From Candidatus Bathyarchaeia archaeon (lineage in GTDB: Archaea > Thermoproteota > Bathyarchaeia > Bathyarchaeales > Bathycorpusculaceae), in the NCBI GenBank assembly GCA_050012755.1, contig JBEKGO010000003.1, positions 29,168-93,167 on the forward strand: DNA of 64,000 nucleotides, written 5' to 3'. The notes under the pieces were generated by a model. That model was not told the DNA's origin. It ran no database searches and was given only the letters and a program-made list of their open reading frames with translations. Positions 57,147 to 64,000 of this stretch are shown piece by piece; the first letter of the stretch is position 1, and each line of letters begins with the position of its first letter. Made by a program: the position numbers and the translations under genes.

Positions 57147-58529
57147 TTAATGCTCATGCGAGTGAAGATTACCGAAAGCGTTCTGAACCACTTCCGACAA
57201 CGCAGGATGAATATGCATGCCCTGCGCAATAGGCGCAAAAGTTCCAGTTTCAGATACCATGGCATTAATGATTTCTTGAATTAAAATTGAAGCTTCAGGA
57301 CCAATTATGTGTCCCCCAAGGATTTTTCCTGTTTCTTGTTCCACAATAACTTTCACAAAGCCTTCAGGAAACCCCATTGCAGCACCCATAGCTGTATCTC
57401 TATAGAGGGCTTGTCCAACGAGGATTTTGTGATTTTGTTTAGCTTCTTGCTCTTTTAACCCTATTGAAGCAACTTGTGGATGAGTAAAAACTGCGTGAGG
57501 AGCAGTTGAAAAATCCATTTTGGCCTTGTGCTCATGAAGGGAATTATGCCATGCGACGCCCGCTTCATAATTGGCAACATGTTTAAACATTTGAATGCCG
57601 ATGGCGTCGCCGAAAGCCCAAATGTTCTTTTTGCTTGTTTCCAGATACTCGTTAACTTTTATGAAATTGTGATCGTCAAGTTTCACGCCTGTCTTTTCCG
57701 GTTTCAAAATGTCAGCGTTGGATACTCTGCCTGTAGCGATCATTACTGCTTCAGCTGAAAACTCATGTAGGCTGACGTCTTGCCGGTTTCTGGCAATCAA
57801 AGTCTTAATTTGCCCTTCTTGTTTAGCTTCAATAACCTCAAAACCTGTGTATATTTCCATTCGCTGACTCATTTCCTTCTTTAACAATTCAGAGATTTCT
57901 GTTTCCTCTTCAGGCACCACTCGATCCGGTCTTTGTAAAATAGTGGTTTTTGTGCCCATGCTCGCGAAAAAGTGGCCGTATTCCATACCAACGTAGCCTC
58001 CTCCAACAATCAATATGCTCTTGGGGGGCGTTTGGAGTTCTAAAACTGTGTCACTTGTCAAGTATTCTATTTTGTCTATTCCCTTTATTAATGGAAGCGC
58101 GGTGCGTGCGCCTGAAACAATAAAAATCTTTTCCGCCGAAATAGTATGCGCCCCAACCTTCATCGTGTAATCCGAAATAAATTCGGCTGTTTCCTTAAAC
58201 CAAGTCATTTCAGGCGTCGCTTCGACCGCCATTGCCTGATGCCCTGAATCCTCACTAACCAACTTATGCATTCTTGTCATTATATTGTTAAAATCGACCG
58301 AATTCAATGTTGCATTAACGCCAAGCTTTCCTGCCTCTTTGACAGTGGCAATTGCGTCTGCTGGGTAAATCAGCATTTTAGAAGGCACGCAACCTACGTT
58401 TGTGCATGTGCCGCCCATTTTTCCATGCTCAATCAACGCTACTCGAAATCCCTGTTCAACTGCGGCTGAAGCTACGAGCATTCCAGAGCCCGAGCCAATA
58501 ACGATGATGTCAAATCGCTCCATAGTCAA
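57147..58529 (-). CDS. Flavin disulfide oxidoreductase (dihydrolipoamide dehydrogenase / mycothione reductase-like)
   Basis: GSGSG, GGTCTNVGCVPSK, GGGYVG, HIHPALSE. Confidence 0.9.
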   Translation of the reverse strand: MTMERFDIIVIGSGSGMLVASAAVEQGFRVALIEHGKMGGTCTNVGCVPSKMLIYPADAIATVKEAGKLGVNATLNSVDFNNIMTRMHKLVSEDSGHQAMAVEATPEMTWFKETAEFISDYTMKVGAHTISAEKIFIVSGARTALPLIKGIDKIEYLTSDTVLELQTPPKSILIVGGGYVGMEYGHFFASMGTKTTILQRPDRVVPEEETEISELLKKEMSQRMEIYTGFEVIEAKQEGQIKTLIARNRQDVSLHEFSAEAVMIATGRVSNADILKPEKTGVKLDDHNFIKVNEYLETSKKNIWAFGDAIGIQMFKHVANYEAGVAWHNSLHEHKAKMDFSTAPHAVFTHPQVASIGLKEQEAKQNHKILVGQALYRDTAMGAAMGFPEGFVKVIVEQETGKILGGHIIGPEASILIQEIINAMVSETGTFAPIAQGMHIHPALSEVVQNAFGNLHSHEH

Positions 58530-58639
58530 GCCTCAATGTCAATAAAAATGAATTGTTAAAGGACAAATAAACTTTTCAACGATGTTTTGGGCTGGAAAAT
58601 TTTTTATGCAAGTTAAAGATAACATAATTGAGGATTCTA

Positions 58640-58738
58640 ATGGCAAAACCTGTAAAACCAACAAAAGCCGAAGAAGAAAAGAAAAAGAAAGCATATTATG
58701 CCAAAGCCGAGAAAAAAGCTAAAGCAGTTAAAAAGTAG
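58640..58738 (+). CDS. 32-aa Lys/Ala-rich small protein
   Basis: GAGG RBS; MAKPVKPTKAEEEKKKKAYYAKAEKKAKAVKK; TTTTTATG TATA-like upstream. Confidence 0.6.
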   Translation: MAKPVKPTKAEEEKKKKAYYAKAEKKAKAVKK

Positions 58739-59507
58739 CTTTTTGGCTCAGAAATTTTGGTAAACACCGTTCGTCATGAACGGCATCAAAGCTTTCCAGT
58801 TCTTTTTTTGTTAGCGGCAAGGCAATTCTAGATACCAAACCGTTTAAACTCCAAGGAAGCCGTATCAAACGCATTTCGCCTGAAGTTACCCATTCGTCAA
58901 TATGGAACCCGGCGCTTTTTACTTGCTGGGCAAGCTCCTCCCTCTGTTGAATGCTCTTTTTGTAGGCTTGCAGGTCTAAAACGTGTAGGTGAAAGCCTCT
59001 ACCAGAATAAACAGCCTTAACTTCGGAAAAACGATTTGTAAGAAAATCATAGAGGCCGATTGCTTCCTGCTTAACCATTTCAAGCTCTAATTCACAGAAG
59101 CTTAAGCCTTGCATGCGTTTCATTTTGTCAGCTAAGGTTCCATGTATTGGGCAGGTAATGTTTTCTGGGTCAAGGTCAAAAGCGAGTTCTTGTCCTGTCT
59201 TACGGTCACATTCATCATATACACTTCTGTCATAATACACGGCTTCAGGCAAAAAATCAAGGATTTGTTGCCTTAGGTCTTCCAAATCTTTGTATTCATC
59301 AATTATTATGGTGGTTGCAGCGTCTTCTTTGTATTTTTCAGGGAAAATTTTGGTGTGCCTGCCCATGATTATTGCAAATTTGGTTTTACCAAGACTGCCT
59401 TTGAACCATTGGGCCACCTTTTCTAAGTCAAATTCTGAAGTGTAGAATTGTTTTCTTTCCTCAAGAGTTGTGTATCGCATGCCAACAGGTAGGTAGTATT
59501 GGACCAT
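58728..59507 (-). CDS. Stand-alone archaeo-eukaryotic primase small-subunit-like protein
   Basis: ELAFDLD, YSGRGFHLHV, IDEWVT..RLIRLPWSLN. Confidence 0.85.
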   Translation of the reverse strand: MVQYYLPVGMRYTTLEERKQFYTSEFDLEKVAQWFKGSLGKTKFAIIMGRHTKIFPEKYKEDAATTIIIDEYKDLEDLRQQILDFLPEAVYYDRSVYDECDRKTGQELAFDLDPENITCPIHGTLADKMKRMQGLSFCELELEMVKQEAIGLYDFLTNRFSEVKAVYSGRGFHLHVLDLQAYKKSIQQREELAQQVKSAGFHIDEWVTSGEMRLIRLPWSLNGLVSRIALPLTKKELESFDAVHDERCLPKFLSQKATF

Positions 59508-59602
59508 TCAAACCGTTATAGAATAAGATAGTTATCCCAAAATGTCTTGCGGAAAAAAACGTAATGCAGAAACCCTAATATTTCCGATTTTGTTGATTTT
59601 TA

Positions 59603-59932
59603 GTGGTGAATTCTTTGCCAATTGACCCTGATTTTCAAACCAAACGCCAAGTTGTTGGCGAACATAACGGACACAAAGTTTGGGGACCAGTTGAAGCCCC
59701 ACAAAAACTCGGAATTCATGGAACATCCAGTGCTGTTGACTGGGATTCGTGTGTTGGAGACGGAGTGTGCATAGATGTTTGCCCCGTTTCATTATACGAT
59801 TGGGCTGACTCGCCGGGGCACCCACTCTCAGAACGCAAATCTGACCCTGCCCGCGAAAAAGACTGCATACAATGCCTAGCATGCGAAATGCAGTGTCCAG
59901 CTGCAGCCATAAAAATAACTCCAGCACCTTAA
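59603..59932 (+). CDS. Dicluster ferredoxin (7Fe/8Fe type) with N-terminal extension
   Basis: CVGDGVCIDVCP and CIQCLACEMQCP. Confidence 0.92.
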   Translation: MVNSLPIDPDFQTKRQVVGEHNGHKVWGPVEAPQKLGIHGTSSAVDWDSCVGDGVCIDVCPVSLYDWADSPGHPLSERKSDPAREKDCIQCLACEMQCPAAAIKITPAP

Positions 59933-60262
59933 GCGGTGCACCTTTTGGTTTAAACTGGCAAGTATTATATTAGCAGACGCTCCAAATAACTGCTAAGGCA
60001 TGGTACACTTGCATTAAAATTAACCAATGGCCAGATTTCCAAAGATGCTATCGGAATAAAACTGATCCATCTTTATTCTATTTTGATGAGAAACGACCCA
60101 ACGAAAAGCATAGCTGCTTTATCGATATATCTTCAGAAAGGCATTTCGACAAGATATGTTAAAAGGCAAAGTGAATTGCTCAAAAAACTAGAGACAGGGC
60201 AGCCCTAAAAAAGAGTCGTATGCACTAAAAAACAAGGAAAAAAAGTTGAGTGGTTTTGGTGT

Positions 60263-60877
60263 TTATTTTACAAGACCGAGATTTTTGTTAACTTTCTCCC
60301 AGTTGATAACGTTCCAGAAAGCTTCAATGAACTTCGGTCGCTCATTTTTGTAGTCAAGGTAGTAGGCGTGCTCCCAAACATCCAAAACCATCAGAATATT
60401 AAATGTCGGAAAAACATTCACATTGTGCTTCTCAATCTGCATTATCAGTGGTCTTGCAATGCATGGATGAACGGCTAAAGCAGCCCAACCTGAACCTTCA
60501 ACGCTGGATGCAGCCATCGTGAATTCCTTTTTGAACCGTTCAAAGCTTCCAAAGCCCATGTTAATCATATCGGCAACAGCTCCTCCAGGTTGTCCTCCCC
60601 CGCCTTTGCCAGCAGGCGCCATGTTTTCCCAGAAAGCACTGTGCAAAATGTGTCCGCCAACATTGAAGGATAATTCTTTCAACATGGCTTTCATGTCAAC
60701 ATCGGCGTTTTCGCTCCGCGCTTTATCTATTTTTTCAAAAGCTGCATTTGCACCATTCACATAGGCTTGGTGGTGTTTGTCATGGTGGAGTTTTAGTTGT
60801 TGCTCAGAAATGTAGGGTTCCAAAGCATTATAACCGTATGGTAGTTTGGGTAGAGTAAATGATTTTACTTTTTCCAT
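60263..60877 (-). CDS. sod: Fe/Mn superoxide dismutase
   Basis: [29 protein letters not shown]. Confidence 0.96.
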   Translation of the reverse strand: MEKVKSFTLPKLPYGYNALEPYISEQQLKLHHDKHHQAYVNGANAAFEKIDKARSENADVDMKAMLKELSFNVGGHILHSAFWENMAPAGKGGGGQPGGAVADMINMGFGSFERFKKEFTMAASSVEGSGWAALAVHPCIARPLIMQIEKHNVNVFPTFNILMVLDVWEHAYYLDYKNERPKFIEAFWNVINWEKVNKNLGLVK

Positions 60878-60995
60878 AAAATTCACCAAAATCAAACAAA
60901 CCAAAGAGGAAGACAACTAATATACTTTGCCATAATACGAAATTCAGACAAAAACTAGTATAGCTTATTACCCGCGGTTTGTTTAGTAATTTCCA

Positions 60996-61505
60996 GTGAA
61001 TTTTATGACTAAAACTGATGACAACCTAAAAGCTGCATTCGCAGGCGAATCCCAAGCTAACAGGATGTATTTGGCTTTCGCTAAGAAGGCAGAGGAAGAA
61101 GGTTTCCCCCAAATTGCCATGCTGTTTAAAGCAGCGGCTCAAGCTGAAACCGTCCACGCCCTCAACCACCTAAGAGTCATGGGGCAGGTAAAATCAACCG
61201 TAGATAACTTGGGAACAGCCGTTTCTGGCGAAACATACGAGTTCAAAAAAATGTACCCGGAATTTATTGCGGATGCCAAAAAAGATGGAAACAGACGAGC
61301 TGAAAATAGTTTTGACTATGCAAACAAAGTAGAACAAATCCACGCAGCCCTCTACCAAAAAGCACTTGACGCCTTAAAAAGCAAAACACAACCAGCAAAA
61401 GCCGAATATTATGTGTGTCCAATTTGTGGAAACACTTTTGAAGGCTCAACACCTGACGTATGCCCAATCTGTGCAACGCCAAAGGAAAAATTCATGAAAA
61501 TATAA
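60996..61505 (+). CDS. rbr: Rubrerythrin
   Basis: AFAGESQA, ETVHA, EQIH, CPICG..CPIC. Confidence 0.95.
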   Translation: MNFMTKTDDNLKAAFAGESQANRMYLAFAKKAEEEGFPQIAMLFKAAAQAETVHALNHLRVMGQVKSTVDNLGTAVSGETYEFKKMYPEFIADAKKDGNRRAENSFDYANKVEQIHAALYQKALDALKSKTQPAKAEYYVCPICGNTFEGSTPDVCPICATPKEKFMKI

Positions 61506-61510
61506 AAAAA

Positions 61511-62722
61511 TTAGGCTTTGATTTTTTGGGCTATTTGCTGCCCAAAATCAAAACATTTTTTCAAATCTTCCTGGTCAGGAACGAATTTGACTTCAACGCC
61601 TGGCTCATAAACTTCAAATCCAGCTTTTTTTGCCATGTCAACCATTCCTCTAACGGCCCCGCCGCCCCATCCGTAAGAGCCGAAGAAGCTCCAGAGTTTT
61701 CCTTTAGGTTTCAATCCGGTTGCGTAAGTTAGGAATTGACCTAGCGTTGGGAACATTCCATTGTTAAGTGTTGGAGAACCAACTAGAACTGCTTTTGCAT
61801 CAAGGATTTCGGTCATGGCTTCTGAAATGCTGGAGGCGCGTAGCTTGTAGAGTTTAGCTTCTACGCCTTGGCTGATTATGCCATCAGCTATGGCTCTTGC
61901 CATGGTGTCTGTGCTATGCCACATGGTATCAAAAACTATGACAACCTTGTTTTTGCTCTCACCCGCACTCCACTTGAGGTAGGCATTGACAATTTTCATT
62001 GGGTCCCGTCGCCAGATGATACCGTGACTTGGGGCAATCATGTCTATTGGGATTTTCATGTCAACAACTTCTTGGATTTTGCGTGTGATGAGGGGCGCAA
62101 ACGGCATAAGGATATTAGCGTAGTACATTGAGGCTTCTTCCATCAAGGCACATTCGTCAACTTCATCATCAAACCGCCCTGAACTGGCAAGATGCTGGCC
62201 AAACGCGTCGTTCGGTAACAAAATCTTATCTTCGACATCGTAAGTGAACATGCTATCGGGCCAATGAAGCATAGGTGCCTCCAAAAACCGCAAAGTCTTC
62301 TTTCCAAGCTTCAGCTCATCGCCAGTTTTCACTGTCTCAACCACATCGAAGTCGTGACCGTAGTGTTTGATTAACTCCTCTTTGCCTCTGCCAGAAGCCA
62401 AGATTTTGGCGTTTTTTGCAAGTTTAGCAATTGCGGGTAGGCTGCTTGAGTGGTCCATTTCGACGTGGTTAACTATTATATAATCGATTTTGTCAAAGCT
62501 GGTTAATTCAGTAATATGTGCTACTAGGTCATCACAAAATTGGCTCTTGACCGTGTCAATGAGCGCTGTTTTCTCGTCTCTTATCAAGTATGCATTGTAT
62601 GTGCTTCCTCTGTTTGTGTTGTAGCCATGGAAATCACGTATGTTCCAATCGACCGCTCCAACCCAGTTTACTCCTTCTTTCAAAACAACATTAACCATAA
62701 CTTGTTTACTCCTGACTTGCAA
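61511..62722 (-). CDS. fprA: Flavodiiron protein (FprA)
   Basis: HVEMDHSS, HWPDSM, NDAFGQH, PSHG, flavodoxin domain. Confidence 0.95.
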   Translation of the reverse strand: MQVRSKQVMVNVVLKEGVNWVGAVDWNIRDFHGYNTNRGSTYNAYLIRDEKTALIDTVKSQFCDDLVAHITELTSFDKIDYIIVNHVEMDHSSSLPAIAKLAKNAKILASGRGKEELIKHYGHDFDVVETVKTGDELKLGKKTLRFLEAPMLHWPDSMFTYDVEDKILLPNDAFGQHLASSGRFDDEVDECALMEEASMYYANILMPFAPLITRKIQEVVDMKIPIDMIAPSHGIIWRRDPMKIVNAYLKWSAGESKNKVVIVFDTMWHSTDTMARAIADGIISQGVEAKLYKLRASSISEAMTEILDAKAVLVGSPTLNNGMFPTLGQFLTYATGLKPKGKLWSFFGSYGWGGGAVRGMVDMAKKAGFEVYEPGVEVKFVPDQEDLKKCFDFGQQIAQKIKA

Positions 62723-62900
62723 TTACGTTGTAAGTTGTTTTAACGCCTGCCTTCTCAAAAAGGTATTCCTACGAGGCAGGTCTCAGTCGTAAAGGTAACC
62801 TTTTTGTTAAAGGTATATAGATTCTCCAAAAATAATTGTTGCTATTTTGGCAATTCAAAGCATAATTGTCCTTGCTTTAGACACTTATACTTAAGCATTT

Positions 62901-63051
62901 AGAGAACGCAGGGGAACGGGATTAAACGCAAATAAACGGGAAAACACGCAGAAAAACGCAAATCAACGCAAAAAAACGTAACCTGCAGACGTGGCAGACC
63001 CTAATTCAAAGAAGCAAACAGAAACACAAAGAACAAAATTTACCCCAAAAC
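62901..63051 (+). repeat. Dispersed element copy B: eight 10-bp phased ACG units plus conserved 76-bp block
   Basis: ACG at positions 6-8 of each decamer from 62901 to 62980; 62976-63051 matches the reverse complement of 4325-4400. Confidence 0.85.
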
Positions 63052-63184
63052 AAACAATAATATTCGCTTACTCTCAAAACCGAAATAGAAGATTCTAGTC
63101 GAAAAATGAAAAATCAATATATGCCTGAATTATCTGTTTATTTAGTTGATTTACTAAAGTTAAAATGGCAGGGAAGCTGATTTT

Positions 63185-63829
63185 ATGGGTTTAATTCCTG
63201 ATGACAAAAAAGAACTATTAAAAAACGATTTTGATGCGAAGCTGGTTGACCCAGTTAAACTTGTAGTGTTTACCCAAGAAATTGAATGCCGATTCTGCTC
63301 CGACACACGGCAGCTAGTCCAAGACTTAGCAGCTCTAAACAGTAAGATAACTGCGGAGATCTATGATTTTGTTGCTGATGCAGCAAAAGCAAAGGAATAT
63401 GGCATCGACAAGATTCCTGCAATAGCTATTACTGGCAAAAAGGATTATGGCGTAAGAATTTACGGTATACCCTATGGGTACGAACTTCAGACTTTAATTG
63501 AAGCAATCATCAACGTATCCAAAGGGCAAACTGACCTTTCAGACAAAACAAAATCTATTCTAAAAGAGGTAAAATCTCCTGTCCAGATCAAAGTCTTCGT
63601 GACTTTAACGTGCCCACATTGCCCTGCTGCCGCGGCAGTAGCTCATAAATTAGCCATAGAAAGTGACATGGTGAAAGCAGACGTTATAGAGACCAGCGAG
63701 TTTCCCGATCTAGCCGTGAAATATAATGTTATTGGAGTACCAAAAATAGTGATTAACGAAAAAGTTGAGTTCGTCGGAGCCTTTAATGAAGACCTCTTTG
63801 CTGAACATGTGCTGTTAGGCGCATTTTAG
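63185..63829 (+). CDS. Protein disulfide oxidoreductase (two thioredoxin domains)
   Basis: CRFC and CPHC motifs, GIPYGYE. Confidence 0.92.
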   Translation: MGLIPDDKKELLKNDFDAKLVDPVKLVVFTQEIECRFCSDTRQLVQDLAALNSKITAEIYDFVADAAKAKEYGIDKIPAIAITGKKDYGVRIYGIPYGYELQTLIEAIINVSKGQTDLSDKTKSILKEVKSPVQIKVFVTLTCPHCPAAAAVAHKLAIESDMVKADVIETSEFPDLAVKYNVIGVPKIVINEKVEFVGAFNEDLFAEHVLLGAF

Positions 63830-63926
63830 AAATTTGATTAATAAGTTAATTTTCAACAATAGAAAAAACATGCGGAATCGAAAAGGAAAATGGGCGGTAA
63901 GTGGACGTTAGAAGAACGATAGAGGT

Positions 63927-64000
63927 TTAGTTTCCTCCGCAACCGCAGCTATGAACGCCTGATGTTCCTGACGCTCCAGCGTACTTTGCTGGATTCTTGT
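63927..64000 (-). CDS. Partial CDS, C-terminus of a probable YHS-domain protein
   Basis: KNPAKYAGASGTSGVHSCGCGGN* at window edge. Confidence 0.55.
   Translation of the reverse strand, partial: KNPAKYAGASGTSGVHSCGCGGN

Noticed and set aside
60000-60210. Possible degraded gene between ferredoxin and sod
   Set aside because: Frames are interrupted and I recognise no motif.

Overview
Archaeal chromosomal window, most consistent with Bathyarchaeia. This is inferred from H4MPT enzymes, a TrmB plus PQQ-like beta-propeller surface protein pair, DUF5752 proteins, a KaiC-like pseudo-ATPase and archaeal tRNAs. It contains: (1) an F420-dependent Mtd beside an NAD(P)-dependent MtdB-like enzyme with an extra N-terminal domain; (2) housekeeping genes (M42 peptidase, archease, adk, rtcB); (3) a decayed accessory island after tRNA-Gly(TCC), with an integrase-like fragment, an ASCH pseudogene, a TrmB/PQQ-propeller cassette, an apparently emptied cassette and four copies of a CCTCAGCAAACCC-ended repeat; (4) an alpha-glucan and gluconeogenesis region (GH57, GT4s, pgk, bacterial-type gap, glpX plus DUF2090); (5) tRNA-Arg(CCG) and a tRNA-Cys-like 3' fragment; (6) a large oxidative-stress/redox cluster. 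The most unusual signal is a dispersed intergenic element: an array of eight ACG-cored decamers in exact 10-bp phase joined to a conserved 76-bp block, at 4325-4470 and inverted at 62901-63051. A third CG array with alternating 10/11-bp spacing lies at 13291-13360. No CRISPR array or rRNA was seen. All family calls come from motif recognition by eye, not database searches.
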